Of a stretch of DNA of 64,000 nt, positions 10,894-22,220 are shown piece by piece. Numbering within the stretch: the first letter of the stretch is position 1; each line of letters opens with the position of its first letter. The position numbers and the translations under genes are program-made. Location of the stretch: the NCBI GenBank assembly GCA_041665085.1, contig JBAYJO010000004.1, positions 20,004 through 84,003 on the forward strand. The letters run 5' to 3'. The notes under the pieces were generated by a model that had not been told where the DNA came from, ran no database searches, and was given only the letters and a program-made list of their open reading frames with translations. This stretch comes from Patescibacteria group bacterium (lineage in GTDB: Bacteria; Patescibacteriota; UBA1384; JBAYJO01).

Positions 10894-10984
10894 AGAGTTA
10901 GAAAGTTTATAAAGTATAATTTTAGACTTTAAAGACTTTTAACTTTTAACTTTCAACTTTATAAACTTAATTTAAGGACTAATT

Positions 10985-13057
10985 ATGGCGAGGGACGCTA
11001 AACTAGAAGATACAAGAAATATTGGAATTATTGCACACATTGATGCAGGTAAAACAACAGTTACTGAAGGAGTTTTGTATATTACCGGACGAGCTCATAA
11101 AATTGGTACTGTACATGAAGGTACAGCAACAATGGACTGGATGGAACAAGAGCGAGAACGAGGCATTACAATCACTTCTGCTGCAACTACCTGTTTTTGG
11201 AAAGGTAAGAGAATCAATATTATTGATACCCCCGGTCATGTCGACTTTACTGTTGAAGTAGAAAGATCACTTCGCGTGCTAGATGGAGCTGCTGTGATTT
11301 TTGATGGAAAAATGGGTGTTGAACCTCAATCAGAAACTGTATGGCATCAAGCTGACAAATATAATGTTCCACGAATTTGTTTTATTAATAAAATTAATCA
11401 AACTGGTGGCGATTTTTTCAAATCCCTAGAATCAATTCGAGAAAGATTAAATCCAAATGCATATCCGGTTCAAATTCCAATTGGTTTTGAAAAAGATATC
11501 AATGGTGTAGTTGATTTGGTAAAAATGAAATCTTACACATATAAAGATTTTACAGATAAAGAAGTTGTTGAAGGCGAAATACCTGCTGATATGGTTGAAA
11601 AATCACAAAAGTGGCGTGAGGAATTACTTGAAAAAGTAGTTGAATCAGATGACGCTTTAATGGAAAAATATTTAAGCGGCGAAGAAATTACAAATGAAGA
11701 ATTTACTCGAGCAATTAGAAAAAGTACATTGCAAGGTAATTTTTTTCCAATTTTAGGTGGAGACGGTCGAGGTGTAATTGTTGAAATGCTACTTGACGCC
11801 ATTAACGAATATCTCCCATCTCCTTTAGATGTTCCGGCTTTAATTGCGAAAATGGAAAAAACCGAAGAAGAAGTTGAACTAAAAGTTAGCGATTCGGAGC
11901 CATTTGTAGGCTTAGCATTTAAAATTGCTGCAGATCCATTTGTTGGAAAACTATGTTTTTTCAGAATTTATACCGGAACTTTAAAATCAGGTAGTTATAT
12001 TTACAACTCTACAAAAGGATCCAAAGAAAGAATTGGACGAATTGTCAGACTTCATGCAAATCACAGGGAAGATGTTGATGAAGTTTATGCCGGTGAAATT
12101 GCTGCTGCTGTTGGTCTTAAAAATACCGATACAGGAGATACTTTAACTGCTGAATCAAGACCTGTAATTTTAGAATCAATTATTTTCCCAGAACCAGTTA
12201 TTCAAATTGCTATTGAACCAAAAACTAAAGCAGACCAAGAAAAAATGGGCATTGCTCTTAAAAGATTGGCTGAAGAAGACCCAACTTTTAAAGTTTCAAC
12301 AGATCCGGATTCGGGTCAAACTTTAATTGCAGGTATGGGCGAGCTTCATTTGGAAATTCTAGTTGATAGAATGAAAAGAGAATTTTCAGTTGAAGCAAAT
12401 GTTGGTAATCCTCAAGTTGCATACAAAGAAACAGTTAAAAAATCTACTAAAGCTGAAGGAAAATATATTAGACAATCGGGTGGACGCGGTCAATATGGTC
12501 ATGTTTATATTGAAATTGAACCTAAAGAACGTGGTGAAGGCTTTGAATTTGTTAATAATATTGTTGGTGGATCGATTCCTAGAGAATATGTTCCAGCAGC
12601 AGAAAAAGGTATTAAAGAAGCTTTAACCAAAGGTGTTATTGCCGGATATCCAATTGTTGATCTTAAAGTTAGATTATATGATGGTACATACCACGATGTT
12701 GACTCTTCAGAGATGGCTTTCCAGATTGCCGGTGCAATGGCAGTTCAGGAAGGTGTTAAAAATGCCGATCCAATCTTACTTGAACCGATTATGAAAGTTG
12801 AAGTTGTAACTCCGGAAGAATTTATGGGTGATGTTGTTGGCGATTTAAGTAGCAAGCGTGGTAAGATCGAAAAAATGGAAGATCGTACAAATATTAAGGT
12901 AATTTCAGCTCAAGTTCCACTTTCACAGATGTTTGGTTATTCAACTACTGTCAGATCAATGACTCAAGGACGCGCCTCTTACAGTATGGAATTTGACCAT
13001 TATGAAGAAGTTCCCTATAATGTGAGTGTAGAGATCATAAACGGACGAAAAAAATGA
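10985..13057 (+). CDS. fusA: elongation factor G
   Basis: AHIDAGKTT and DTPGHVDF GTPase motifs, 690 aa. Ends with TGA. Confidence 0.97.
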   Translation: MARDAKLEDTRNIGIIAHIDAGKTTVTEGVLYITGRAHKIGTVHEGTATMDWMEQERERGITITSAATTCFWKGKRINIIDTPGHVDFTVEVERSLRVLDGAAVIFDGKMGVEPQSETVWHQADKYNVPRICFINKINQTGGDFFKSLESIRERLNPNAYPVQIPIGFEKDINGVVDLVKMKSYTYKDFTDKEVVEGEIPADMVEKSQKWREELLEKVVESDDALMEKYLSGEEITNEEFTRAIRKSTLQGNFFPILGGDGRGVIVEMLLDAINEYLPSPLDVPALIAKMEKTEEEVELKVSDSEPFVGLAFKIAADPFVGKLCFFRIYTGTLKSGSYIYNSTKGSKERIGRIVRLHANHREDVDEVYAGEIAAAVGLKNTDTGDTLTAESRPVILESIIFPEPVIQIAIEPKTKADQEKMGIALKRLAEEDPTFKVSTDPDSGQTLIAGMGELHLEILVDRMKREFSVEANVGNPQVAYKETVKKSTKAEGKYIRQSGGRGQYGHVYIEIEPKERGEGFEFVNNIVGGSIPREYVPAAEKGIKEALTKGVIAGYPIVDLKVRLYDGTYHDVDSSEMAFQIAGAMAVQEGVKNADPILLEPIMKVEVVTPEEFMGDVVGDLSSKRGKIEKMEDRTNIKVISAQVPLSQMFGYSTTVRSMTQGRASYSMEFDHYEEVPYNVSVEIINGRKK

Positions 13058-13174
13058 GCCTCTATAAGCTGTTAATAGAAGCGAAATCCTCCGAAGTGAA
13101 ATCTATTTGCAGATTTCTGCAACCAGAATACTGTAAGAGATTGAACGAAGTGAGGATAGCATCATCAAAATAAC

Positions 13175-13203
13175 TTGACGATTTTTTGGTTATAAGATAT
13201 AAT
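13175..13203 (+). promoter_or_regulatory. sigma70-like promoter TTGACG-N17-TATAAT upstream of tuf
   Basis: TTGACG at 13175-13180, 17-nt spacer, TATAAT at 13198-13203. Confidence 0.55.
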
Positions 13204-13262
13204 AATCAGGAATTCATTAAAAATTATCTAATATTTAGAAAAGTAATTAAGAAGGAGATTCA

Positions 13263-14444
13263 ATGGCAGAAACATATGAGCGAACTAAATCACACATAAA
13301 TGTAGGTACTATTGGTCATGTTGACCATGGAAAAACTACCTTAACCTCAGCTATTACAACATATTTAGCAAAAAAGGGTTTTGCTAAAGCTATGAATGTT
13401 GATCAGATCGACATGGCTCCAGAAGAAAAACAAAGAGGAATTACCATTTCAACTTATCATGTTGAGTATGAAACTGAAAAAAGGCACTATGCTCATGTAG
13501 ATTGCCCAGGACACGCTGACTACATTAAAAATATGATTACCGGTGCTGCTCAAATGGATGCTGCTGTTTTGGTTGTTTCAGCTACCGATGGTCCAATGCC
13601 TCAAACCCGAGAACACATTCTTTTAGCTTACCAAATTGGTGTTCCTACAATCATTGTTTATATGAATAAAACCGATCAAGTTAGCGACCCAGAACTCTTA
13701 GACTTGGTTGAAATGGAAATTCGCGAACTTTTGACTAAATATAAATACCCAGGCGATTCTATTTCAATTGTTCGAGGTTCAGCTCTTAAAGCATTAGAAG
13801 GCGACGCTGAAGCTGAAAAATCAATTCAAGATTTACTAGATGCTATGGATAAAGATATTCCAGAGCCAGTTAGAGAAATTGATAAAGATTTCTTGATGCC
13901 CGTTGAAGATGTTTTCTCAATCAAAGGACGAGGAACAGTTGCAACTGGTAGAATTGAAAGAGGAGTTGTTAAAGTTGGAGATGATATTGAAATCGTCGGT
14001 ATTAAACCAACCAAAAAAGTTGTTGTTACCGGAGTTGAAATGTTTAGAAAACTTCTAAATCAAGGTCAAGCTGGTGATAATGTTGGAGCATTACTTCGAG
14101 GCGTTGAAAGAACTGATATCGAAAGAGGTCAAGTTCTTGCAAAACCAGGTTCAATTACTCCACATACTGATTTCGACGCTGAAGTTTATGTTCTTACCAA
14201 AGAAGAAGGCGGACGACATACACCATTTTTCAAAGGATATAAACCGCAGTTCTATATGAGAACAACAGATGTTACAGGCGAAGTTGAGCTTCCAGCTGAT
14301 ACAGAAATGGTTATGCCAGGAGACACAACTCAATTCAAAGTAAAACTTATTGTACCAATTGCCATGGAAGAAGGAATGCGATTTGCAATCCGTGAAGGTG
14401 GTAAAACAGTTGGCGCAGGAGTTGTAACAAAGATTAATAAATAA
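13263..14444 (+). CDS. tuf: elongation factor Tu
   Basis: [10 protein letters not shown] and DCPGHADY motifs, 393 aa. Confidence 0.98.
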   Translation: MAETYERTKSHINVGTIGHVDHGKTTLTSAITTYLAKKGFAKAMNVDQIDMAPEEKQRGITISTYHVEYETEKRHYAHVDCPGHADYIKNMITGAAQMDAAVLVVSATDGPMPQTREHILLAYQIGVPTIIVYMNKTDQVSDPELLDLVEMEIRELLTKYKYPGDSISIVRGSALKALEGDAEAEKSIQDLLDAMDKDIPEPVREIDKDFLMPVEDVFSIKGRGTVATGRIERGVVKVGDDIEIVGIKPTKKVVVTGVEMFRKLLNQGQAGDNVGALLRGVERTDIERGQVLAKPGSITPHTDFDAEVYVLTKEEGGRHTPFFKGYKPQFYMRTTDVTGEVELPADTEMVMPGDTTQFKVKLIVPIAMEEGMRFAIREGGKTVGAGVVTKINK

Positions 14445-14466
14445 AATTTCAAGGAGCAACCCGAAG

Positions 14467-14793
14467 GTGGCACAGACTAAGACAGTACCAAAACAACGCA
14501 TTAGAATCAGACTTAAGGCATATGATTCAAGGATTATCGACAAATCTGCTCGTAAGATTATTGAAACAATCGAACGATCAGGTGTAGTTGTGATAGGTCC
14601 AGTACCATTGCCAACTGAAAAACAAAAAGTTACTGTGCTTAAGTCGCCATTCAAATTCAAAGATGCTCGGGAACAGTTTGAGATGCGAATCCATAAAAGA
14701 TTGATAGATATTATGGATCCAACCTCAAAAACCATTGATTCGCTTATGTCGCTTGATATGCCAGCTGGTGTAGATATAGAAATCAAAGCCTAA
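14467..14793 (+). CDS. rpsJ: 30S ribosomal protein S10
   Basis: [11 protein letters not shown]... is the S10 signature. GTG start. Confidence 0.95.
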   Translation: MAQTKTVPKQRIRIRLKAYDSRIIDKSARKIIETIERSGVVVIGPVPLPTEKQKVTVLKSPFKFKDAREQFEMRIHKRLIDIMDPTSKTIDSLMSLDMPAGVDIEIKA

Positions 14794-14923
14794 ACATTGA
14801 CTTTATCCCTCATTTTAGGTAAAATAAGTTAGGATAAAATTGAAAATTTTTACAAATTTTGTCTGGATAGTGTCCGCCATAGGCGGATAACTCTAGGCAA
14901 ATTTGTTTTGATATGAGACAAAA

Positions 14924-15499
14924 ATGAAATTATTACTTGGTAAAAAAATCGGAATGAGTCGAATATTCGACGAAAATGGCAAAGTAACACCAATTACTCT
15001 TATTAAAGTTGGTAAGTTAACAGTATCAAGTACAAGATCAGAAAATGAAAAAACTCGAGTCTTTGCCAGAACTAAAAAAGATTTATCTGAAATAAAAGAA
15101 AAATTAAGACCAACTGAAATGATTGAAAAATCATTTTTATCAGATAATTCAGAATATAAAAAAGGCGATTTACTCACCCTTAAAGATTTTGAAGACAGTA
15201 AAACAGTTGATATTAAAGCAGTTTCAAAAGGTAAGGGTTTTGCCGGAACAATTAAAAGACATCATTTCCATCGCGGTCCGGTTTCTCACGGTTCACACAA
15301 TGTCAGACAACCCGGCTCAATCGGAGCAATGTTTCCACAAAGAGTAGTAAAAGGTAGAAAAATGCCAGGACATCTTGGAAATGAAACTGTTACAATAAAA
15401 AGTCTGAAAATTGTTGAAATTGATGTTTCAAAAGAAATTATTGTTTTAAAAGGTTCAGTCCCAGGATCAAGAAATACAGTTGTTGAAATTAGAGGATAA
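14924..15499 (+). CDS. rplC: 50S ribosomal protein L3
   Basis: L3 family similarity (GKKIGMSRIFDENG...). Confidence 0.93.
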   Translation: MKLLLGKKIGMSRIFDENGKVTPITLIKVGKLTVSSTRSENEKTRVFARTKKDLSEIKEKLRPTEMIEKSFLSDNSEYKKGDLLTLKDFEDSKTVDIKAVSKGKGFAGTIKRHHFHRGPVSHGSHNVRQPGSIGAMFPQRVVKGRKMPGHLGNETVTIKSLKIVEIDVSKEIIVLKGSVPGSRNTVVEIRG

Positions 15500-16273
15500 A
15501 TGAAAAAAATAAAACTATATAATTTAGAGGGAACTTCAACCGGAGAAATTACACTTCCAAAGTTTTTTGAAACAGAAGTAAATCCATCAATTATTCACGA
15601 AGTAGTAGTTGCTGAAAGAGCCAATCAAAGAGTTGCAATTGCTCATACTAAAACCAGAGGAAATGTTGCTGGCGGCGGGAAAAAACCTTGGAGACAAAAA
15701 GGTACAGGACGAGCAAGAGCAGGTTCAAGCAGAAGTCCTTTGTGGAGAAGTGGTGGAATTACCTTTGGTCCATTAAGTGATAGAAATTATGCTAAAAAAA
15801 TTAACAGAAAAGTCAAAAAATTAGCTTTAGCAATGGCTTATTCAGATAAAGTATCAAGCATGGCTGTTATCGATAAAATGTCATTTGAAAATATTAAAAC
15901 TAAAATTGCTTCAGCCTTGCTTTCAAAATTACCTTTTGAAAATGGAAAAGTATTAATTGCAGGCACAAAAAAAGATGAAAATTTTAAATTAGTATTTAGA
16001 AATATTGCCGGAATTCAAGTTGAAGAAGTAAATTCAGTTAGCGTTCTTGATTTGATGAAAAATAAAAATTTGATTATTTCACGAGATGCAATAAAAGAAC
16101 TTGAAATTAATTTTAAGCAAAAAATCAAAGAAGAAGCTGAAGAAACAGAAAAAACATCAGAAATTCAACCAGTTGATGAAAAAAAACCAGCATCATCAGT
16201 TAAAACAGAAGTTGAAGCTGAAAAAGTAATAGAATCCAAAGAAAAAGCAGTTAAAAAAACAATTAAGAAATAA
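15500..16273 (+). CDS. rplD: 50S ribosomal protein L4 with Lys/Glu-rich C-terminal extension
   Basis: L4 core followed by a roughly 60-aa K/E-rich tail. Confidence 0.9.
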   Translation: MKKIKLYNLEGTSTGEITLPKFFETEVNPSIIHEVVVAERANQRVAIAHTKTRGNVAGGGKKPWRQKGTGRARAGSSRSPLWRSGGITFGPLSDRNYAKKINRKVKKLALAMAYSDKVSSMAVIDKMSFENIKTKIASALLSKLPFENGKVLIAGTKKDENFKLVFRNIAGIQVEEVNSVSVLDLMKNKNLIISRDAIKELEINFKQKIKEEAEETEKTSEIQPVDEKKPASSVKTEVEAEKVIESKEKAVKKTIKK

Positions 16274-16275
16274 AA

Positions 16276-16722
16276 ATGCAGAAATTAGTTATTAAAAACC
16301 CAGTAATCACAGAAAAATCTATGCTTTTGGCAAAAAAAGCCATTTATACTTTTAAAGTTGAAACAAAAGTCAATAAAAATGAAATTAGCCAAGCGATTGA
16401 GCTTTTGTATAATGTAAAAGTTAAAGATGTAAATATTGTAAGTGTTAAAGGTAAAGTTAAAAGAGTTGGGAAAAAATTCGGCAAGAGAAGCGACACTAAA
16501 AAAGCTTATGTTATCCTGATGCCAGGAAATAAAATCAAAGAATTTGAAATAGAAGAAGACAAGAAAGAAGATAAGAAATCCGCCCATGGCGGATCCGCCT
16601 CTGGCGGAGAAAATAAATCAGAAAAAGCAGAAAAGAAATCAGTCAAAAATACATCTAGAAGTAATACTGGCGAAAAGAAATCAGAAAATGTAAATATTCA
16701 GGTTAGAGAAAAAGGTAAGTAA
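16276..16722 (+). CDS. rplW: 50S ribosomal protein L23 with low-complexity C-terminal extension
   Basis: L23 core (about 95 aa) plus a K/E/S/G-rich tail. Confidence 0.88.
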   Translation: MQKLVIKNPVITEKSMLLAKKAIYTFKVETKVNKNEISQAIELLYNVKVKDVNIVSVKGKVKRVGKKFGKRSDTKKAYVILMPGNKIKEFEIEEDKKEDKKSAHGGSASGGENKSEKAEKKSVKNTSRSNTGEKKSENVNIQVREKGK

Positions 16723-16727
16723 TTAAA

Positions 16728-17570
16728 ATGAAAAAAGATCAAGATAAAATTGTTAAAAAAAAACCAAATACATCTGCCTTAAGACAGTTTTCAATTGTTA
16801 AATCATTTGGTTTGTCTAAAAATAATCCTGATAAAAAATTAATTAAAACTTTTAAAAAATCAGCTGGACGAGATAATCTGGGTCATATTTCAACAAGACA
16901 TAGAGGTGGCGGTGCAAAAAGAAAATATCGAGTAATCACTGATTTGGCAAAACATATTGATCAAGAAGCAACAGTTTTGACTTTAGAATACGATCCAAAT
17001 AGAACTGCTAGAATTACAAAAATCCAATTTGAAAATGGATCAAAAGCTTACATCGTAGCTCCTAAGGGTATAAAAGTAGGAGATAAAGTAGTTGCTTCAG
17101 CTAATGCTGACGAACGGGTTGGGAATAGGGTTATGCTTAAATCAATTAACACGGGAACACAGATATATGGTGTTGAATTAACTATTGGTAAAGGGCCACA
17201 GATTGCAAAAAGTGCAGGCAATTATGCTACATTAATGGCAAAAGAAAATGGCATGGCAACAGTTAAACTTCCATCAGGTGAAGTTAGATTAATCAAAGAA
17301 GAATGTTATGCTTCAATTGGTAGCGTTTCAAATGAATTACACTCACTGGTAAAAATCGGTAAAGCAGGACGAATTAGACACATGGGACGAAGACCGCAAG
17401 TTCGAGGTAAGGCCATGAACCCTGTTGATCACCCTCATGGAGGCGGTGAAGGTAATACTTCAGTTGGTCTTAAGCATCCAAAAACACCTTGGGGTAAACC
17501 GGCAATGGGTAAAATTACAAGAAAAAAGAATAAAGCCAGTAACAAATTTATTGTTAAGAGGAGAAAGTAG
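16728..17570 (+). CDS. rplB: 50S ribosomal protein L2
   Basis: L2 motifs, including MNPVDHPHGGGEG. Confidence 0.97.
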   Translation: MKKDQDKIVKKKPNTSALRQFSIVKSFGLSKNNPDKKLIKTFKKSAGRDNLGHISTRHRGGGAKRKYRVITDLAKHIDQEATVLTLEYDPNRTARITKIQFENGSKAYIVAPKGIKVGDKVVASANADERVGNRVMLKSINTGTQIYGVELTIGKGPQIAKSAGNYATLMAKENGMATVKLPSGEVRLIKEECYASIGSVSNELHSLVKIGKAGRIRHMGRRPQVRGKAMNPVDHPHGGGEGNTSVGLKHPKTPWGKPAMGKITRKKNKASNKFIVKRRK

Positions 17571-17573
17571 AAT

Positions 17574-17873
17574 ATGTCCCGATCACTTAAAAAAGGATTA
17601 TTTGTTGATCCAAAATTAATGATAAAAGTTGAAAAAGCCAAAGCTGCTGGTGGAAACCAGTCAATTAAGACATGGGCCAGATCTTCTACAATTTCTCCAG
17701 AGATGGTTGGTTTAACATTTTTAGTTCACAATGGCAAAGATTTTATTACTGTTATGGTAGTTGAGGATATGGTCGGACACAAATTAGGAGAATTTTCTCC
17801 TTCAAGAAAATTTAGAAAACATGGTGGTAAGATGCAAAGAGAAATAGAAACAAAGAAGAAAGCGGGAGCATAA
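17574..17873 (+). CDS. rpsS: 30S ribosomal protein S19
   Basis: MSRSLKKG...VHNGK is the S19 signature. Confidence 0.95.
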   Translation: MSRSLKKGLFVDPKLMIKVEKAKAAGGNQSIKTWARSSTISPEMVGLTFLVHNGKDFITVMVVEDMVGHKLGEFSPSRKFRKHGGKMQREIETKKKAGA

Positions 17874-17874
17874 A

Positions 17875-18303
17875 ATGCAAGCCAAAGCAGTAGCAAAATT
17901 TGTTAAAATATCACCAAGAAAAGCAAGGCTTGTTGTAGATTTGATCCGAAACAAAAAAGCAAACGATGCTGTAAATATTTTAAATTTCTCTGTTAAAGCT
18001 GCTGCAAAAACTGTTTCAGATGTGCTTAAAAATGCCATGACAATTGCTAAAGATAGAGAAATGAATCAGGATAAGCTTATTGTCAAAGAGGCTCTTTGTG
18101 ATGAAGGGCCAAGGCTTAAAAGAGGAATTGCCGCAGGTCGCGGTCATTACAGAAAAATTAACAAGCAAATGTGTCATATCACAATTGCAGTTGAAGAAGC
18201 CGAAAATAAAGAAGTAAAACCGGAGATTAAAAGTAAAAAATCTGAAAAAACGGAAACCAAAACAGTAAATACTGCAAAAGTATTGAAAAAAGAGAAAAAA
18301 TAA
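17875..18303 (+). CDS. rplV: 50S ribosomal protein L22 (C-terminal K/E extension)
   Basis: L22 family similarity. Operon position fits. Confidence 0.92.
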   Translation: MQAKAVAKFVKISPRKARLVVDLIRNKKANDAVNILNFSVKAAAKTVSDVLKNAMTIAKDREMNQDKLIVKEALCDEGPRLKRGIAAGRGHYRKINKQMCHITIAVEEAENKEVKPEIKSKKSEKTETKTVNTAKVLKKEKK

Positions 18304-18349
18304 GTTAAAATAACTTGATGAGTAATAACGAAAGCATATAGGAAAAAAT

Positions 18350-18985
18350 ATGGGACAAAAGATAAATCCAATTAGTTTCAGATTGCAAAACCAAAACCTG
18401 TGGAGCAGCCGTTGGTTTTCTAAAAAAGATTATGGTACTTTTGTGATTGAAGATTACCAGATTCGTGAACTTATTGAAAAAAAATACTCGCCAAATGCCG
18501 GAATTGCTTCAATTAATATTGAAAGATTTAACAAAGAGTCAGTTATTATTATTAATACATCAAGACCAGGAATTCTGATCGGACGATCTGGAGCAGGTGT
18601 TGCTGAATTAAAAGATAAATTAGCGAAAAAATTTAATCGTATATTTAAAATTGAAATAAAAGAAGTAAAAAGACCAGAGCTAGTTGCAAAACTTGTTGCT
18701 GAAAATATTTCAACCCAGTTAATCAAAAGAATTAACTTCCGCCGAGCTGCTAAGCAAGCTGTTGAAAAAACAATGCAAGCAGGTGCTGTCGGAGTTAAAA
18801 TTGCAATTTCAGGCCGCTTAAACGGAGCTGAAATGGCCCGAACAGAAAAATTTTCCGATGGAAATGTTTCACTTTCAACTATTAAAACCAATATTGATTA
18901 TGCCTTAGTGCATTCTCATACAACAGTTGGAATGGTTGGAGTAAAGGTTTGGATAAACAAGGGAGAACAAAATGCTGATTCCTAA
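18350..18985 (+). CDS. rpsC: 30S ribosomal protein S3
   Basis: [12 protein letters not shown] is the S3 N-terminus; KH domain present. Confidence 0.95.
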   Translation: MGQKINPISFRLQNQNLWSSRWFSKKDYGTFVIEDYQIRELIEKKYSPNAGIASINIERFNKESVIIINTSRPGILIGRSGAGVAELKDKLAKKFNRIFKIEIKEVKRPELVAKLVAENISTQLIKRINFRRAAKQAVEKTMQAGAVGVKIAISGRLNGAEMARTEKFSDGNVSLSTIKTNIDYALVHSHTTVGMVGVKVWINKGEQNADS

Positions 18986-19382
18986 GAAACTGGTACACCG
19001 AAAAGTTTTCCGTGGCAACATGTCTGGCAAAGCCACTCGTGGTTTTGAGATTAATTTTGGTCAATATGCCATAAAAGCAAAAGAATGCGGATGGATTACT
19101 TCAAGGCAAATTGAAGCAGCTCGTAGAGCCATGACGCGTTACATCAAAAGAGGCGGTGAAGTTTGGATTAGAATATTTCCAGATAAACCAGTTACAAAAC
19201 AGCCAGCAGAAACAGGTATGGGTGGCGGAGCCGGTGCTCTTGACCATTATGTTGTTCCAGTTAAACCAGGTGTAATTATGTTTGAAATGGCAGGAGTAGC
19301 AACTGATGTGGCAAAAGAAGCAATGAGACTTGCACAACACAAATTACCAATAAAAACAGTTTTTGTGGTCAAGGAGCATTAA
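18972..19382 (+). CDS. rplP: 50S ribosomal protein L16
   Basis: L16 family similarity (MLIPKK...RGG). Confidence 0.95.
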   Translation: MLIPKKLVHRKVFRGNMSGKATRGFEINFGQYAIKAKECGWITSRQIEAARRAMTRYIKRGGEVWIRIFPDKPVTKQPAETGMGGGAGALDHYVVPVKPGVIMFEMAGVATDVAKEAMRLAQHKLPIKTVFVVKEH

Positions 19383-19604
19383 ATGAAAAGAATAGAAATT
19401 TTGCGTGAATTAAAAGACATGACAGTTCCAAACTTAATGAAAGAATTAAGCAACTTAAATATTGAAATCACAAAAACTAGAAACGCAATTAGCTTTGGAA
19501 AAGAAAAAAATAGCAAGAAAATATTAAATTTAAGAAAACAAAAAGCAAGAATTTGGTCAGTAATTACAAGTAAAGTTTTGACCGGAGATGAAAATGGTAA
19601 ATAA
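19383..19604 (+). CDS. rpmC: 50S ribosomal protein L29
   Basis: 73 aa in the L29 position. Helical and K-rich. Confidence 0.85.
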   Translation: MKRIEILRELKDMTVPNLMKELSNLNIEITKTRNAISFGKEKNSKKILNLRKQKARIWSVITSKVLTGDENGK

Positions 19605-19866
19605 TAAAATTCAAGAAATTAATGAAAAAGTTCAAACTTCAGGAAAAATCCTAAAAGGTACTGTTGTAAGTACAAAAATGGATAAAACAATTATTGTTTC
19701 AGTAGAAACAAAAAAAGTTCATCCGCTTTACAAAAAACAATATCGAAGTACAAAGAGATTTTTTGCGCATAACGAAGATGAAACGATTCAAGCAGGAGAC
19801 AAAGTTACTATTCGCGAGTCAAAACCAATTTCAAAGAATAAAAGATGGATAGTTGTTAAAGGATAA
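19588..19866 (+). CDS. rpsQ: 30S ribosomal protein S17
   Basis: S17 OB-fold motif [17 protein letters not shown]. Start may be 19588 or 19594. Confidence 0.92.
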   Translation: MKMVNNKIQEINEKVQTSGKILKGTVVSTKMDKTIIVSVETKKVHPLYKKQYRSTKRFFAHNEDETIQAGDKVTIRESKPISKNKRWIVVKG

Positions 19867-19868
19867 AA

Positions 19869-20237
19869 ATGATTCAACCAAATACAAGATTAAAAGTTGC
19901 AGATAACAGTGGTGCCAAAGAAATTATGGTAATTCGTGTTCTTGGCAAAGCAAGAGATAATTGCGCGCAATTGGGCGATATTGTAGTTGCCAGTGTTAAA
20001 AAAGCAATTCCTGGCGGAACCGCTAAAAAGAAGGAAGTTGTTAAAGCTGTTATTGTTAGACAGAAATTCCCATTCTTAAGAGCAGATGGATCAACTATCA
20101 GATTTGATGAAAATGCAGCTGTATTAATTGCTGCTGATCAGGGTCCAAGAGGAACCAGAATATTTGGTCCGGTTTGCAGAGAACTTCGAGATCGCGGTTA
20201 CAGTAAGATTATTTCATTAGCACCAGAGGTTTTGTAA
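19869..20237 (+). CDS. rplN: 50S ribosomal protein L14
   Basis: [17 protein letters not shown] matches the L14 N-terminus. Confidence 0.97.
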   Translation: MIQPNTRLKVADNSGAKEIMVIRVLGKARDNCAQLGDIVVASVKKAIPGGTAKKKEVVKAVIVRQKFPFLRADGSTIRFDENAAVLIAADQGPRGTRIFGPVCRELRDRGYSKIISLAPEVL

Positions 20238-20245
20238 GGAGTTAT

Positions 20246-20566
20246 ATGGTTAAAAAAGGTGATTTAGTAAAAATTTTAGCAGGCAAAGACAAAAACAAAA
20301 CTGGAAAAATCGAGTCTGTTTTAACAAAAGAAAGCAAAGTAGTTGTTACTGGTCTTAATATGGTTAAAAAACATCTTAAGCCAAACAAATATCGAACCCA
20401 AGCCGGAATTATTGATCGAGCTATGCCTCTTGATATTAGTAATGTGATGTTAGTTTGCCCAAGTTGCAATAGACCGAGTAAGGTGTCAACCAAAAAAGTA
20501 GATTTGAATATAATCAGAATTTGCAAAAAATGTAATGAACAAATTGATCATAGCGAGAAGAAATAA
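20246..20566 (+). CDS. rplX: 50S ribosomal protein L24 with C-terminal CxxC...CxxC zinc-ribbon extension
   Basis: KOW motif KKGDLVKILAGKDK, then CPSCNRPSKV...CKKCNEQ. Confidence 0.88.
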   Translation: MVKKGDLVKILAGKDKNKTGKIESVLTKESKVVVTGLNMVKKHLKPNKYRTQAGIIDRAMPLDISNVMLVCPSCNRPSKVSTKKVDLNIIRICKKCNEQIDHSEKK

Positions 20567-21066
20567 TGGAAAGTACAAAAGTTAAACAATTAAATAAATT
20601 AGCCCAAGCAAAGATTACCAAAGTAATTGTTAATGTTGGAATTGGAAAAATTGCAGGCGAGAAAAAAACCATTGCTCAACTTGAAAAAGATATTGCAACA
20701 ATTACCGGTCAAAAAGGAGTTCAAAGAGCTTCCAATAAATCAATTGCCGGTTTTAAACTGCGTGCTGGAATGATTGTCGGATATATGGTTACACTTCGAG
20801 GAAAAAGAATGAATGATTTCTTGACTCGATTGATCAATGTTGCTTTGCCAAGAATCAGAGATTTCAAAGGTTTATCAGTTAAATCTTTTGACAAACAAGG
20901 AAATTATAATATTGGAATTCGAGAACATGTAATTTTTCCGGAAATTAATTATGACGATATTGAAAAAAACTTCGGATTTAACATTACAATCTGTACTACT
21001 GCCAAATCAGTTGATGATGCAATTAGTTTATTAAAAGGGCTTGGAATGCCGTTTAAGGAGAATTAA
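20566..21066 (+). CDS. rplE: 50S ribosomal protein L5
   Basis: L5 family similarity. Operon position fits. Confidence 0.95.
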   Translation: MESTKVKQLNKLAQAKITKVIVNVGIGKIAGEKKTIAQLEKDIATITGQKGVQRASNKSIAGFKLRAGMIVGYMVTLRGKRMNDFLTRLINVALPRIRDFKGLSVKSFDKQGNYNIGIREHVIFPEINYDDIEKNFGFNITICTTAKSVDDAISLLKGLGMPFKEN

Positions 21067-21067
21067 T

Positions 21068-21253
21068 ATGGCCAGAAAAGCATTAGTAGTAAAAGCAGAA
21101 AAAAAACCAAAATATTCTTCCCGAATTGTTAGAAGATGTAAGATTTGTGGTAGAAGCCATGGCTATATGAGAAAATTTAATCTTTGCCGAATCTGTTTTA
21201 GAGATTTAGCAACAAAAGGTGATTTGCCCGGAATATGTAAATCATCTTGGTAA
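21068..21253 (+). CDS. rpsZ: 30S ribosomal protein S14 type Z (zinc-binding)
   Basis: [16 protein letters not shown]...[29 protein letters not shown] lies upstream of the ATG at 21068. The track ORF starting at 21041 is probably too long. Confidence 0.9.
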   Translation: MARKALVVKAEKKPKYSSRIVRRCKICGRSHGYMRKFNLCRICFRDLATKGDLPGICKSSW

Positions 21254-21286
21254 AATCCTTAGATAATCGAAGGATAGGAGAAAACA

Positions 21287-21670
21287 ATGTCTGACCCTAT
21301 AAGCAACATGTTAATCACATTAAAAAATGCGGCCCTAGTCGATAAGGAATTTGTGTTGATTCCATTTTCAAACCTCAAGATGGCTATATTAAAAATCTTA
21401 GCCAATAAGGGTTATGTTAAAAGTTTTGAGATTGATAAAAAAACAAAACAAATAAAAGTTGTCTTAAGATATTCTGAAAATATGAAATATTTTGAATATG
21501 TTAAAAGAATTTCCAAACCAGGACAACGCATTTATATCAAATCAAGTGCCATTCCGTATCCTAAAACTCATTTTGGAATTATTATTATTTCAACTCCAAA
21601 GGGTATGATGACTGGCTATGAAGCTAAAAAACTTGGTCTTGGTGGTGAATTAATTTGTGAGGTTGCATAA
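21287..21670 (+). CDS. rpsH: 30S ribosomal protein S8
   Basis: MSDPISNMLITLKNA matches S8. Confidence 0.95.
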   Translation: MSDPISNMLITLKNAALVDKEFVLIPFSNLKMAILKILANKGYVKSFEIDKKTKQIKVVLRYSENMKYFEYVKRISKPGQRIYIKSSAIPYPKTHFGIIIISTPKGMMTGYEAKKLGLGGELICEVA

Positions 21671-22212
21671 TGAGCAGAATAGGAAGAAAAATTATTAATA
21701 TACCGGACGGTGTTACTGTAAATTTTAATGCTGATATTTTAAAGGCATCAGGAGTTCTTGGCGAATTATCCCTTGAGATTCCACAAAAAATTAAGTTAAC
21801 AATTGAAAATAATATTATTACTGTTGAAAGACACAACAATGATAAAATTTCCAAATCGCTTCATGGTACATTTAGACAGTTGATTGACAATATGATCATT
21901 GGAGTAAGCAAGGGGTTTGAAAAAACACTGGAATTAATCGGGGTAGGATATAGAGTTGCCATGGAAGGCAATGAAATTAATATGCATCTAGGTTTTTCTC
22001 ATCCGGTAAAAATCGAGATTCCAAGTGATGTGAAAGTAAAAGTTGAAAAAAATAAAATTACAATTTCAGGTACAGACAAACAAAGAGTGGGCCAATTTAC
22101 TGCAGAAATTCGCGCATTCAAAAAACCGGAGCCATATAAAGGCAAAGGTTTAAGATATTTAGGCGAAAAAATAAAACTTAAAGCAGGTAAAACTGCCAAA
22201 ACAAGTAAGTAA
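21670..22212 (+). CDS. rplF: 50S ribosomal protein L6
   Basis: MSRIGRKIINIPDGVTV matches L6. Confidence 0.95.
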   Translation: MSRIGRKIINIPDGVTVNFNADILKASGVLGELSLEIPQKIKLTIENNIITVERHNNDKISKSLHGTFRQLIDNMIIGVSKGFEKTLELIGVGYRVAMEGNEINMHLGFSHPVKIEIPSDVKVKVEKNKITISGTDKQRVGQFTAEIRAFKKPEPYKGKGLRYLGEKIKLKAGKTAKTSK

Positions 22213-22220
22213 GGAATAAG

